From an uncultured Actinomycetes bacterium (GTDB lineage Bacteria > Actinomycetota > UBA4738 > HRBIN12), in NCBI GenBank assembly GCA_963713185.1, contig CAVQKV010000001.1:227042-291041 (forward strand): 64,000 nucleotides of DNA. The letters run 5' to 3'. The notes below the pieces were generated by a model. It had not been told where the DNA came from. It saw nothing but the letters and a program-made list of their open reading frames with translations, and did not search any database. This document shows, piece after piece, positions 14,587 through 24,100 of the stretch (position 1 is its first letter; every line of letters begins with the position of its first letter). Both the position numbers and the translations under genes were made by a program.

Positions 14587-15258
14587 TCACGCCCGCTCGA
14601 CGCGAACGCTCGCGGGACGGATCACGGCGCCTCGCAGCTTGTAGCCCTGCCGGAAGATCTCCGCGACGTGCGGATCGCCGTCGCCGTCGCCGGTCTGCAT
14701 CAGCGCCTCGTGCTCGTTGGGGTCGAACGCCTTGCCCTCCGCCTCGATCCGCTCGAGGCCTTCGGCTCGCAGCGTCTCGGCGAGCTTCGCGTAGACGAGC
14801 TCGACGCCCTTGCGGAACGCGTCGAAGTCCGGCTGGCGCTCGGCCGCGATCAGCGCGAGGTCGAACTCGTCCAGGACCTCCAGCAGCTCCTGAACGAAGC
14901 GCTGGAGCTCGGCGTCGACGAGCCGCTCCTGCGAGCGCGTCATGCGCTTGCGGTAGTTCTCGAACTCGGCCTGGAGCCGCTGCAGATGATCGCGGTACTC
15001 GGCCGCCTCCGTCCGAGCCCGCGCGAGCTCGTCGGACCCGTCGGTCGGCCCGCCCGCGGACCGCGGGGGACGGGAGGCCTCCCCCGCGGTCTCGGTCTCG
15101 GTCTCGGTCTCGGTGGGCGAACCCGGACCGCCGCTCGGCACCTCGGCTCCCGCCACAGGTGCCGGCTCGATCGGCTCGCCGTCGCGGTACCGGCGCTTGT
15201 CGACGATGCGGACCTTCGGCCGCGGCTCGTCGGGCTGGTCGCGGTCGTGCTCGGTCAC
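14587..15258 (-). CDS. grpE: nucleotide exchange factor GrpE
   Basis: GTG start at 15258 (VTEHDRD) in a GTGA overlap with the hsp20 stop. [18 protein letters not shown]...[11 protein letters not shown]. Confidence 0.9.
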   Translation of the reverse strand: MTEHDRDQPDEPRPKVRIVDKRRYRDGEPIEPAPVAGAEVPSGGPGSPTETETETETAGEASRPPRSAGGPTDGSDELARARTEAAEYRDHLQRLQAEFENYRKRMTRSQERLVDAELQRFVQELLEVLDEFDLALIAAERQPDFDAFRKGVELVYAKLAETLRAEGLERIEAEGKAFDPNEHEALMQTGDGDGDPHVAEIFRQGYKLRGAVIRPASVRVERA

Positions 15259-15710
15259 TTGTCCGCCTTCGTCTGGCCCGCCTTGATCTGGATCTTCTTC
15301 GGCTTGGCCTTCTCGATCTTCGGGACGTCGACCGTGAGGACGCCGTCCTCGAACCGCGCGTCCACCTTGGACGTGTCCACCTGCGGCGGCAGGGTGACGG
15401 CCCGGCTGAAGGTGCCGTACCTGCGCTCGATCCGGTGGTAGCTCTCCTCCTTGACCTCCGAGGAGAACTCGCGCGAGCCGCTCACGGTGAGCGTCGAGTC
15501 CTCGACGGACACATCGACGTCCTCGGCGGCCAGGCCGGGCAGCTCGACCGTGACGACGACCTTGTCGTCGGTCTCGTAGACGTCCATCGCGGGCATCCAC
15601 GGCGCCTGACGCTCGCGCCCGAACGTCCGCTCGATCAGGCGGTCGAAGCGGTCGTCCAACAGCCGGATGTCCGGCAGCTGGTCGCCCCACAGCATGATGC
15701 GGTCTCTCAT
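15255..15710 (-). CDS. Hsp20/alpha-crystallin small heat-shock protein
   Basis: 151 aa with an ACD ([39 protein letters not shown]...[14 protein letters not shown]). The ATGA overlaps the dnaK stop. Confidence 0.9.
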   Translation of the reverse strand: MRDRIMLWGDQLPDIRLLDDRFDRLIERTFGRERQAPWMPAMDVYETDDKVVVTVELPGLAAEDVDVSVEDSTLTVSGSREFSSEVKEESYHRIERRYGTFSRAVTLPPQVDTSKVDARFEDGVLTVDVPKIEKAKPKKIQIKAGQTKADK

Positions 15711-17575
15711 CGCTCTCCTCCTTCGTCCACGATCTCGCCTTCCACCACGTCGTTCTCGCCCTCGGGCCCCGATCCCGACGGCCCGCCTTCGCTCGCAGCG
15801 GCCGCCTGTTGGGCTCCCTCAGCCCCTGGGGGGGTCTGCTGGTACATGGCCTGCCCGATGCTCTGGAACTTCTGCATCACGGCGTCGGTCCCGGCCTTGA
15901 CCTTGTCGATGTCCTCGCCCTTCAGCGCCTCCTTCAGTTCGTCGTTCAGCTTCTTGAGCGCCTCCCGGTCGGGCTCCTGCACCTTGTCGCCCCACTCCTC
16001 GAGGGACCGGTCGACCTGGTACGTGAGCTGGTCGGCCTGGTTGCGCGTCTCGGCGGCCTCGCGCCGGCTGTGGTCCTCGGCGGCGAACTTCTCCGCGTCT
16101 TGGACCATGCGGTCGATGTCGTCCTTCGAGAGCGCCGTCCCACCGGTGATCGTCATCGCCTGCTCCTTGCCGGTGGCCATGTCCTTGGCGGACACGTTCA
16201 CGATGCCGTTGGCATCGATGTCGAACGCCACCTCGATCTGCGGCATCCCGCGAGGTGCTGGCGGCAGCCCGGTGAGCATGAACTTGCCGAGCGATCGCAC
16301 GCCCGGCGAGTAGACCGTCTCGGCCTCACCCTGCAGCACGTGGATCTCGACGTTGGTCTGGTTGTCGTCCGCGGTCGTGAAGGTCTCCGACTTGCGAGTC
16401 GGGATCGTCGTGTTGCGCTCGATCAGCCGGGTGAAGATGCCGCCCTTGGTCTCGACCCCGAGCGTGAGCGGGGTGACGTCCAGGAGCAGGATGTCCTTCA
16501 CATCGCCCTTGAGGACGCCCGCCTGGATCGCGGCACCGACCGCCACGACCTCGTCCGGGTTCACGCCCTTGTGCGGCTCCTTGCCGCCGGTGAGCTCCCT
16601 CACGAGCTCCTGGATCATCGGCATCCGCGTCGAGCCTCCGACCAGGATGATGTGGTCGATCGCGTCGACGCTCTTGCCCCAGTCCTTCACCGCGAGCTCG
16701 AACGGCTCGCGCGTGCGCTGGACCAGGTCCTCGGTCATGCGCTCGAACTCGCTGCGCGTGAGCTTCATCTCCAGATGCAGCGGCCCGTCGGCGCCGGCCG
16801 AGACGAACGGCAGGTTGATCGTCGCCTCGCTCACCTGCGAGAGCTCGATCTTCGCCTTCTCGGCTGCCTCCTTGAGTCGCTGGAGGGCCATCCGGTCGGC
16901 TCCGAGGTCGATCCCGTAGTTGTTCTTGAACTCCTTGACCATCCAGTCGATCACGCGCTGGTCCCAGTCGTCGCCGCCCAGCTGCGTGTCGCCGTGGGTG
17001 GCCTTGACCTCGAACACGCCCTCGCCGATCTCGAGCAGCGAGACGTCGAACGTCCCACCCCCGAGGTCGAACACGAGGATCGTCTGGTCGTGCTGCTTGT
17101 CGAGGCCGTACGCGAGCGCCGCGGCCGTCGGCTCGTTGATGATGCGGAGCACCTCGAGCCCCGCGACCTGCCCGGCCTCCTTGGTGGCCTGGCGCTGCGA
17201 GTCGTCGAAGTACGCCGGTACCGTGACGACGGCCTGGTTGACGGTGTCACCGAGGTAGGACTCGGCGTCCCGCTTCAGCTTGCCGAGGATCTGCGCCGAG
17301 ATCTCCTGCGGCGTCCACTTCTTGCCGTCGACGTCGGGCCCCCAGTCCTTGGCGCCCATGTGGCGCTTCACGGACCGGACCGTTCGATCCGGGTTCGTGA
17401 TGGCCTGGCGCTTGGCGACCTCGCCGACCAGGATCTCGCCGTTCTTGGCGAACCCCACGACCGAGGGCGTCGTGCGCGACCCTTCGGCGTTCGGGATGAC
17501 GACGGGCTCGCCGGCCTCGAGCACCGAGACCACCGAGTTCGTCGTCCCCAGGTCGATCCCCACCGCACGTGCCAT
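15707..17575 (-). CDS. dnaK: molecular chaperone DnaK
   Basis: 622 aa: [15 protein letters not shown]...[12 protein letters not shown]... Confidence 0.97.
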   Translation of the reverse strand: MARAVGIDLGTTNSVVSVLEAGEPVVIPNAEGSRTTPSVVGFAKNGEILVGEVAKRQAITNPDRTVRSVKRHMGAKDWGPDVDGKKWTPQEISAQILGKLKRDAESYLGDTVNQAVVTVPAYFDDSQRQATKEAGQVAGLEVLRIINEPTAAALAYGLDKQHDQTILVFDLGGGTFDVSLLEIGEGVFEVKATHGDTQLGGDDWDQRVIDWMVKEFKNNYGIDLGADRMALQRLKEAAEKAKIELSQVSEATINLPFVSAGADGPLHLEMKLTRSEFERMTEDLVQRTREPFELAVKDWGKSVDAIDHIILVGGSTRMPMIQELVRELTGGKEPHKGVNPDEVVAVGAAIQAGVLKGDVKDILLLDVTPLTLGVETKGGIFTRLIERNTTIPTRKSETFTTADDNQTNVEIHVLQGEAETVYSPGVRSLGKFMLTGLPPAPRGMPQIEVAFDIDANGIVNVSAKDMATGKEQAMTITGGTALSKDDIDRMVQDAEKFAAEDHSRREAAETRNQADQLTYQVDRSLEEWGDKVQEPDREALKKLNDELKEALKGEDIDKVKAGTDAVMQKFQSIGQAMYQQTPPGAEGAQQAAAASEGGPSGSGPEGENDVVEGEIVDEGGER

Positions 17576-17614
17576 CGGCCTTCCTCCTTCGCTTGACGTC
17601 CTTCAGTCGCTCCA

Positions 17615-17645
17615 AATATAGAACCTTGAGCGCATCAGTATCAAC
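17615..17645 (-). promoter_or_regulatory. dnaK promoter (-35 TTGATA, 18 nt spacer, -10 TATATT) overlapped by a HAIR-like inverted repeat
   Basis: The minus strand reads GTTGATActgatgcGCTCAAGgttcTATATT..AGGAGGaaggccgATG. The plus strand at 17625-17645 reads CTTGAGC-N7-TATCAAC, against the HAIR consensus CTTGAGT-N7-ACTCAAG (10/14). Confidence 0.5.
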
Positions 17646-17744
17646 TTCGTGCCTGCGAGGACTATTCCGGCGACGCTCGCGCCCGAGGCCGGTCTGACCA
17701 CGGCGGTCCCACCGTCACGGGCGTTGGGCACGGCCAACGGGGGT

Positions 17745-19757
17745 ATGCTCGCGCGGATGCTCGCGCGTGCAGCCCTCCTCGCCGTGATGATCGGCGTCGC
17801 CGGGGGGCTGGCCGCCCGACGGGCACGGCTGCTCACGAGGCTCGTGCGCCTCGGACGCCCGGTCGACCGCGGGGGCGAGGTGCCGCGCCGGGTCGCTCGG
17901 GAGGGCACGGAGGTCCTCGCACAGCGCAAGCTCTTCCAGCGGGCGGTGCCGGGCCTGATGCACGCGCTGATCTTCTGGGGCTTCCTGATCCTGCTCACCA
18001 CGATCCTCGAGATCGCGGGTCAGCTGATCGACCCGGCCTTCGAGCTTGCGCTGATCGGCGGCACGCGAGCGCTGGGGCTCGTCCAGGACCTGTTCGCGGC
18101 GGGGGTGCTGGTCGGGATCGCGATCGCCGTCGGCATCCGCGTGGCCCAGCGTCCCGAGCGGTTCGTCGGCAGCCACCGGAGGGAGGCGTACCGGATCCTC
18201 GGGCTGATCTTCTGGATCATCGTCACACTGTTCTTGGCCCGCGGCGCCCGCATCGCCGTCGGGTACGCGCCGGACTCGTGGTGGACGCCGGTGTCGACCG
18301 CGACCTCGTCGCTGTTCTCGTGGATGTCCGGGGGATGGCAGCGGACGACGATGTGGGCCTTCTCGTGGCTCCACATGGCGATCATCCTGGGCTTCCTCGT
18401 CTACCTCGGGTACTCCAAGCACCTGCACATCGCGACGAGCGCGATCAACGTCTACTTCGCGAGCACCCGCCCGAGGGGAACCCTGACCCCGCTCCGGATC
18501 GACCTGGAAGACGCCGAGGCCGAGGACGTCCACCTGGGCGCCGCGACCATCACGGATCTCACCTGGAAGCAGACGCTCGACCTGTACGCCTGCACCGAGT
18601 GCGGCCGGTGCCAGAGCGCGTGCCCCGCGTGGAACACGGGCAAACCGCTCTCGCCCAAGCTCCTGGTGATGAACCTCCGCGACCACCTGTTCGAGCAGGG
18701 GCCGCGGATCGTGGAGGCGAGGGCGGCCGGCAGCGAGGTGGAGGCGATCCCCCTCGTTCCCGAGGTCGTCGACGACGAGGTCCTGTGGTCGTGCACGACC
18801 TGCGGAGCCTGCATGCAGGAATGCCCCGTCGACATCGAGCACGTCGACACGATCGTCGATCTGCGCCGCAACCTCGTGATGGCGGAGTCTCGCTTCCCGG
18901 CGGAGGCAGGTGCGCTGCTGCGCAACCTCGAGACCGTCGGGAACCCGTGGGGACTGCCGCAGGCGCAGCGGGGGGACTGGAGCCGTGGCCTGGACGTCCG
19001 GGTCGTCGAGGAGGGGCAACGGGCCCCCGAGTACCTGTACTGGGTCGGGTGCGCCGGCGCGTTCGACGACCGAGCCAAGGCGATCTCCACGGCGGTGGTC
19101 AAGCTGCTGGAGCGAGCGGGCGTGTCGTTCGCGATCTTGGGACCCCGGGAGCTTTGCACCGGAGACCCCGCTCGCCGGATCGGCAACGAGTACCTGTTCC
19201 AGACCCTCGCCGAACGCAACGTCGAGACGCTCTCCGGGGCCGGGGTGACCAAGGTGATCGCGAACTGCCCGCACTGCTTCAACACGCTCCGCAACGAGTA
19301 CCCGGACTACGGCGGCCACTACGAAGTGATCCACCATTCACAGCTGTTCGCGCGACTGGTGGATCAGGGCCGGCTGAAACCGACGGGCCAGGTCCCGGCC
19401 ACGATCACGTACCACGACCCGTGCTACCTGGGGCGCCACAACGGCGTGTACCGGGATCCGCGGCGAGCCCTCGACGCGGTCCCAGGCATGCAGACCGTCG
19501 AGATGCCCCGCCACGGGGAGCGGGCCCTGTGTTGCGGGGCCGGCGGCGCCAGGATGTGGATGGAGGAGCGCATCGGCAAGCGGATCAACGAGGAACGGGC
19601 GGACGAGGCCGCCGCGACCGGGGCCGACACGGTCGGCGTCGCGTGTCCGTACTGCCTGGTCATGCTCGACGACGGCGAACGGGCGCGAGGCGGCCGCGCG
19701 GAGGTCCTCGACCTCGCCCAGGTCCTGGCGCGCTCGGTCCTCGGGCACGCGCCCTGA
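17745..19757 (+). CDS. membrane-bound (Fe-S)-binding reductase, HdrD/GlpC-like with CCG domains
   Basis: N-terminal TM bundle, two 4Fe-4S motifs (CTECGRCQSACP, CTTCGACMQECP) and CCG-type Cys motifs (CPHCFNT, HDPCYLGRH, ALCCGAGG). The start is uncertain (17649 or the ATG at 17745). Confidence 0.8.
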   Translation: MLARMLARAALLAVMIGVAGGLAARRARLLTRLVRLGRPVDRGGEVPRRVAREGTEVLAQRKLFQRAVPGLMHALIFWGFLILLTTILEIAGQLIDPAFELALIGGTRALGLVQDLFAAGVLVGIAIAVGIRVAQRPERFVGSHRREAYRILGLIFWIIVTLFLARGARIAVGYAPDSWWTPVSTATSSLFSWMSGGWQRTTMWAFSWLHMAIILGFLVYLGYSKHLHIATSAINVYFASTRPRGTLTPLRIDLEDAEAEDVHLGAATITDLTWKQTLDLYACTECGRCQSACPAWNTGKPLSPKLLVMNLRDHLFEQGPRIVEARAAGSEVEAIPLVPEVVDDEVLWSCTTCGACMQECPVDIEHVDTIVDLRRNLVMAESRFPAEAGALLRNLETVGNPWGLPQAQRGDWSRGLDVRVVEEGQRAPEYLYWVGCAGAFDDRAKAISTAVVKLLERAGVSFAILGPRELCTGDPARRIGNEYLFQTLAERNVETLSGAGVTKVIANCPHCFNTLRNEYPDYGGHYEVIHHSQLFARLVDQGRLKPTGQVPATITYHDPCYLGRHNGVYRDPRRALDAVPGMQTVEMPRHGERALCCGAGGARMWMEERIGKRINEERADEAAATGADTVGVACPYCLVMLDDGERARGGRAEVLDLAQVLARSVLGHAP

Positions 19758-19806
19758 CGGGTCGCCACGACCCTCCCTGACCCGCCCGGACCGGCCCGAC
19801 CCCAGT

Positions 19807-19850
19807 CCGACCCTGGCCCGACCCTGGCCCGACCCTGGCCCGACCCTGGC
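19807..19850. repeat. perfect tandem repeat, 4 x 11 nt (CCGACCCTGGC)
   Basis: Read directly from the sequence. It is intergenic, between the Fe-S reductase and the histidine kinase. Confidence 0.95.
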
Positions 19851-20010
19851 GCCCGCGTTCAAGCCGCCGCCTCCAACGACCGAAACGAGAACTAGACCGA
19901 ACGGATCGGCATCCTCCGCATGGGGGGTGCCGACCGACGGGTGCGCGCCGAGGCAGCCTCGGACCGCGTGCGGCGGGCACCCCGACGAAGGATGGAGGAC
20001 GGCGCGAACG

Positions 20011-20715
20011 ATGACGCTTCGGAGCGATTCGAACTCCGCCGAGCGCCCCGAACGACGTGATGGGGCGCTGGAAGGCCCTCAGGGTCTCGGCGACCCCGAA
20101 GGGGACCGGGTCCGGCTGGCGTACGCGATCCACGACGGGCTCACGCAGGTGATCACCGCCTCCGTGCTCGAGCTCGAGTCGCTCGCCCATCGAGTCGAGG
20201 TCGAGCCGTCGGAGGCGATCGCGGCCCTGCACGAGGCGATCGGGGAGCTGCGCCGGGCGCTCGACGAGATCCGGGGTGTCCTCGCGAACCTCTCGCCGGC
20301 CGAACCGGGGCCGGCGCAACCGATCGAGGACCTGTTGAAGAGCGTCCTCGAACGCTGGCGGCTGCCGGCCACGTGGTCGGTCGAGGGCGACCTGGCGCAG
20401 GTGCCGGCGTCGGTGCTCGACGCCGCGTCCTCGGTGATCCGCGAGGGCATCGCGAACGCGGCCAAGCACGCGGATGCGGGCGAGGTCGCGGTCCACGTCC
20501 TCGCATCGGATCGCTCCGTCGAGGTCAGCGTCGAGGACCACGGCCGAGGGTTCGAGAGCTCGCAGGGCGCGCGGGAGGACGGCCACCTCGGCTTGGACAT
20601 GCTGCGTCGGCGGGTGGCCGACGTCCACGGAACGCTCGACGTCCAGTCGGCGCCGGGCAAGGGAACGCGGGTCGTCGCGAGGCTGCCCCGTTACGGAGAA
20701 GGAGTAGGCCGGTGA
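20011..20715 (+). CDS. soluble NarL-class histidine kinase (HisKA_3 + HATPase) with no sensor domain
   Basis: ATG at 20011 (MTLRSDS). H-box AIHDGLTQ, N-box REGIANAAKHA, G-boxes DHGRGF and GKGTRV. No TM segment. Confidence 0.8.
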   Translation: MTLRSDSNSAERPERRDGALEGPQGLGDPEGDRVRLAYAIHDGLTQVITASVLELESLAHRVEVEPSEAIAALHEAIGELRRALDEIRGVLANLSPAEPGPAQPIEDLLKSVLERWRLPATWSVEGDLAQVPASVLDAASSVIREGIANAAKHADAGEVAVHVLASDRSVEVSVEDHGRGFESSQGAREDGHLGLDMLRRRVADVHGTLDVQSAPGKGTRVVARLPRYGEGVGR

Positions 20716-21410
20716 GGGTGCTCGTCGTCGACGACCATGCGTTGGTGCGCCGCGGGATGGGCCACGTGATCCGCGAGTGCTTCGCCGACGCAGAGGTCAT
20801 GGAAGCAGGGAGCGCGAGCGAGGCGCTTGAGACGCTGTCCACGGGGACGATCGACATCGCGCTGGTCGACGTCCGCATGCCCGATGCCGACGGCCTCGAG
20901 CTCCTGCGAGACGTGAAGAGCCGCTGGCCCACGCTGCCCGTGATCATGCTGACATCGTTCGATCACGCCCACTACGTGCGTCGGGCGCTCGCCGAGGGCG
21001 CGGCAGGCTACATGCTGAAGGACGCCACACCCGAGGACCTGGAACAGGCGATCAACGTCGCCCTGTCGGGCGGGGGGAACGTCCTCTCACCGAAGGTGAT
21101 CCAGAACCTGTTCGAGTCCATCGAGGGCGGACCCCCGGGCGACGGATCCCCGTCGGTGCGCACGGCCGGTTCGCTCACGCAGCGTGAGACCGACATCTTG
21201 GCGCTGCTCGCGGAGGGCAGGAGCAACCGCGACATCTCTCGCGCCCTGTTCCTGTCGGAGAAGACGGTGAAGGCGCACCTCGCGGCGATCTTCCGCAAGT
21301 TGAGCGTCACGAACCGCACGCAGGCCGCGATGGCCGCCGTTTCGATGGGGATCGGTCCGGGTCTGCAGCCAGCCGAATCGGGTGGCCGAACGATCGGATC
21401 CGGCCACTAG
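20712..21410 (+). CDS. NarL/LuxR-family response regulator
   Basis: GTG at 20712 in a GTGA overlap with the kinase stop. VLVVDDHALVR..DIALVDVRMPDADG.. and LTQRETDILALLAEGRSNRDISRALFLSEKTVKAHL. Confidence 0.9.
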   Translation: MRVLVVDDHALVRRGMGHVIRECFADAEVMEAGSASEALETLSTGTIDIALVDVRMPDADGLELLRDVKSRWPTLPVIMLTSFDHAHYVRRALAEGAAGYMLKDATPEDLEQAINVALSGGGNVLSPKVIQNLFESIEGGPPGDGSPSVRTAGSLTQRETDILALLAEGRSNRDISRALFLSEKTVKAHLAAIFRKLSVTNRTQAAMAAVSMGIGPGLQPAESGGRTIGSGH

Positions 21411-21434
21411 CGGATCAGGTGACGGGAGAAGCAC

Positions 21435-21623
21435 ATGTCGACCGATCGATACCGGGCCCACTCGGAGCCCGATCAGGACGCCTACGAGGATGCCTGGTAC
21501 CGCGCGCTGAAGGCCAAGGCCGCACGACGGTTCCGCGACCCCGTGGAGGATGCGGCGGAGACGCCTTCATCCGAGCCGGCTCCGAAGAACGTCGAGGGTG
21601 AGGGCGGGACCGGCACGAGCTAG
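21435..21623 (+). CDS. hypothetical small acidic protein
   Basis: 62 aa with a GGGAGAAG Shine-Dalgarno sequence 5 nt upstream. No similarity recognised. Confidence 0.3.
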   Translation: MSTDRYRAHSEPDQDAYEDAWYRALKAKAARRFRDPVEDAAETPSSEPAPKNVEGEGGTGTS

Positions 21624-22195
21624 GGCTCGCGCTCGCCGAACTCCTCGAAGAACCGGCTGGCGGTCGGTCCGCGCTGGCCCTGGTACTTGCTCCGGGTCCC
21701 CTTCGCCCCGTACGGCACCTCGGCCGGCGTGCTGAGGCGGAAGAACGAGATCTGCCCGATCTTCATGTTCGGGTAGATCGTGATCGGCAGGTTCGCGACG
21801 TTCGACAGTTCGAGCGTGAGGAACCCGTCCCAGCCGGGATCGACGTAGCCGGCCGTCGAGTGGATCAGCAGCCCGAGCCGGCCCAGGCTCGACTTGCCCT
21901 CCAGGCGCGCGACGAGGTCGTCGGGCAGACGCACACGCTCGATCGTCGATCCGAGGACGAACTCTCCCGGGTGCAAGATGAAGGCCTCGCCCCCGACGAC
22001 CTCGACCATCTCGGTCAGGTCCGGCATCTCGCGGCGCACGTCGATGTACGGGTAGCGGGAGTTCGCGAACACGCGGAACTGGCTGTCGACGTGCAGGTCG
22101 ACCGACGAGGGCTGGACGCATGCGTCGTCGAACGGATCGATCTCGACGCGGCCCGCCGCGAGCTCCTTGCGGATGTCGACGTCGGACAGGATCAT
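21620..22195 (-). CDS. dcd: dCTP deaminase
   Basis: [12 protein letters not shown]...QPSSVDLH...[31 protein letters not shown]. Confidence 0.95.
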   Translation of the reverse strand: MILSDVDIRKELAAGRVEIDPFDDACVQPSSVDLHVDSQFRVFANSRYPYIDVRREMPDLTEMVEVVGGEAFILHPGEFVLGSTIERVRLPDDLVARLEGKSSLGRLGLLIHSTAGYVDPGWDGFLTLELSNVANLPITIYPNMKIGQISFFRLSTPAEVPYGAKGTRSKYQGQRGPTASRFFEEFGEREP

Positions 22196-22207
22196 CGGGG
22201 CCGGATG

Positions 22208-23236
22208 CTACCCCTTCCCCGAGGCGTCGACCCAACGCTCGAGGGTATCGCTGGCCGCCCCCGAGTCGATCGACGTGGCCGCCATCGCGAGCCCCTCACC
22301 GAGCGATCCCGCCTTCCCCGAGACCTCCAGCGCCGCCGCCGCGTTGAGCAGGACGACCTCGCGACGCGGCCCGGGCTCGCCGCGGAGGATCGCGAGGGCG
22401 ATCGCCGCCGAGGCCTCCGGGTCGCCGCCGCGGAGGTCGCCGAGGTCGCACGGGGCGAGTCCCAGGTCCGCCGGATCGAGCACCGACTCGCGCAGCGCGC
22501 CGTCAACGGCGTCGAACACGAGGGACGGCCCGGTCGTCGTGAGCTCGTCCAGGCCGTCCAGCGCCCGGAACAGCCTCGCCCGGGTCCCGCGCCGGGCGAG
22601 CACCTGTGCGAGGAGCGGCAGCATCCGTTCGTCAGAGACGCCCACGACCTGGGCGAACGGTCGAGCGGGGTTGGTGAGCGGTCCGAGGAAGTTGAACACC
22701 GTCGGGACGCGGAGCTCGCGGCGGACCGGACCCGCGTGACCCATCGCCGGGTGGAACACCGGCGCGAAGATGAACGCGATGCCGGCCTCGGCCAGGCATC
22801 GCTCGACGCCGGTCGCATCCAGGTCGATCCTGACGCCGAGCGCCTCGAGCAGGTCGGCCGAGCCGCAGATCGACGTGGCGGCCCGGTTCCCGTGCTTCGC
22901 GACGGGGACCCCGGCCCCCGCGACCACCAGGGCGGCGATCGTCGAGATGTTGAACGTGCCGCTGCGGTCGCCCCCGGTGCCGCACGTGTCGACGACCGGC
23001 ACGGGCGGGTCGATGGTGTTCGCGAACCCGAGCATCGCGTCGGCGAGCCCCTCGATCTCGTCGACCGTCTCGCCCTTGGTGCGCAGCGCCATCAGGAAGC
23101 CGCCGACCTGTCCCGGTGTGGCTTCCCCCGACATCACCAGGCGCATCGCCGCCGCCGCCTCGTCGCGATCCAGAGCGGTTCCGGCGGAGATCGTCGAGAG
23201 CACGTGCGGCCAGAGGTCCGGATCCGGCTGCGTCAT
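22208..23236 (-). CDS. trpD: anthranilate phosphoribosyltransferase
   Basis: Start MTQPDPDLW (ATG 23236). DTCGTGGDRSGTFNISTIAALVVAGAGVPVAKHGNRA. Confidence 0.9.
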   Translation of the reverse strand: MTQPDPDLWPHVLSTISAGTALDRDEAAAAMRLVMSGEATPGQVGGFLMALRTKGETVDEIEGLADAMLGFANTIDPPVPVVDTCGTGGDRSGTFNISTIAALVVAGAGVPVAKHGNRAATSICGSADLLEALGVRIDLDATGVERCLAEAGIAFIFAPVFHPAMGHAGPVRRELRVPTVFNFLGPLTNPARPFAQVVGVSDERMLPLLAQVLARRGTRARLFRALDGLDELTTTGPSLVFDAVDGALRESVLDPADLGLAPCDLGDLRGGDPEASAAIALAILRGEPGPRREVVLLNAAAALEVSGKAGSLGEGLAMAATSIDSGAASDTLERWVDASGKG

Positions 23237-23322
23237 GGGGATTCGCAGGCTAGCAGGGTGGCCTCGAACGCGGTCGCGGGGCTCGCTAGACTGGGGATCG
23301 TCCGCTCCGGCGGACGGCACGT

Positions 23323-23393
23323 GCGGGCGTGGTTCAATGGTAGAACGCAAGCTTCCCAAGCTTGAGACGGGGGTTCGATTCCCCTCGCCCGCT
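23323..23393 (+). tRNA. tRNA-Gly (CCC)
   Basis: GCGGGCG acceptor, anticodon arm CAAGC-TTCCCAA-GCTTG, GGTTCGATTCC T-loop and 3' CGCCCGC plus discriminator. Confidence 0.9.
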
Positions 23394-23416
23394 CCGATCG
23401 GGGGCCCCGGGACGGA

Positions 23417-24100
23417 TCAGGGGTCCGGCGGACGAGCAGCGAGCACCACCGGCCCGGTCGGGCAGAGCTCGAACAGCGGGCAGTCCTCGCACCGCGGCCG
23501 GCCGGCCTTGCAGATCTCGCGACCGAGCCGGATCAGGCCCACGTGCATCGGGGTCTTGAGGTCTTCGGGGACGAGGTCCTCGAGCAGCCGCTGAGCCCGC
23601 TCCGCGGAGGTCTTCGGGACCAGGCCGAGACGCGTCGCCACGCGGTGCACGTGGGTGTCCACCGGGATGGTCTCGCGGCCGAACGCGAACGCCATCACCA
23701 CGGCGGCGGTCTTCGGCCCGACCCCCGGCAGCGATGAGAGGTACTCGGCGATCTCGGCGTCCGAGCGCGTCCGCAGGCCCGACAGGTCGTACAGGCCCTC
23801 GCGCAGGTGGATCTCGCGCAGGATCGCCTGGATGCGGGCGGCCTTCGTGTTGGCGAGCCCCCCCGACCGGATCGTGTCGGCGAGCTCGGCCGTCGGAGCG
23901 CAGACCACATCGTCCCAGGTCGGGTACCGCTCGCGGAGGAGCCCGAAGGCGCGCTCGGCGTTCAGGTCGCTCGTGTGCTGGGACTGCACGGTGAGGATCA
24001 GCTCGTCGAGCGGATCCGAGGCCCGGGGCGGCCCGAGGTCGCCGAAGTGCCGCTCGAGCCGGCGGGCGAGCGCCCGGACGCGGCGGCGATCGACGGTCAC
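23417..24100 (-). CDS. nth: endonuclease III
   Basis: HhH-GPD (LPGVGPKTAAVVM) and the C-x6-C-x2-C-x5-C cluster (CKAGRPRCEDCPLFELC). Confidence 0.9.
   Translation of the reverse strand: MTVDRRRVRALARRLERHFGDLGPPRASDPLDELILTVQSQHTSDLNAERAFGLLRERYPTWDDVVCAPTAELADTIRSGGLANTKAARIQAILREIHLREGLYDLSGLRTRSDAEIAEYLSSLPGVGPKTAAVVMAFAFGRETIPVDTHVHRVATRLGLVPKTSAERAQRLLEDLVPEDLKTPMHVGLIRLGREICKAGRPRCEDCPLFELCPTGPVVLAARPPDP

Noticed and set aside
17649-19757. Search for in-frame TGA (selenocysteine) codons in redox genes, prompted by the presence of selC.
   Set aside because: The Fe-S reductase and all other intact genes in the window read through without internal TGA. No SECIS-like context was seen, so any selenoprotein genes must lie elsewhere.
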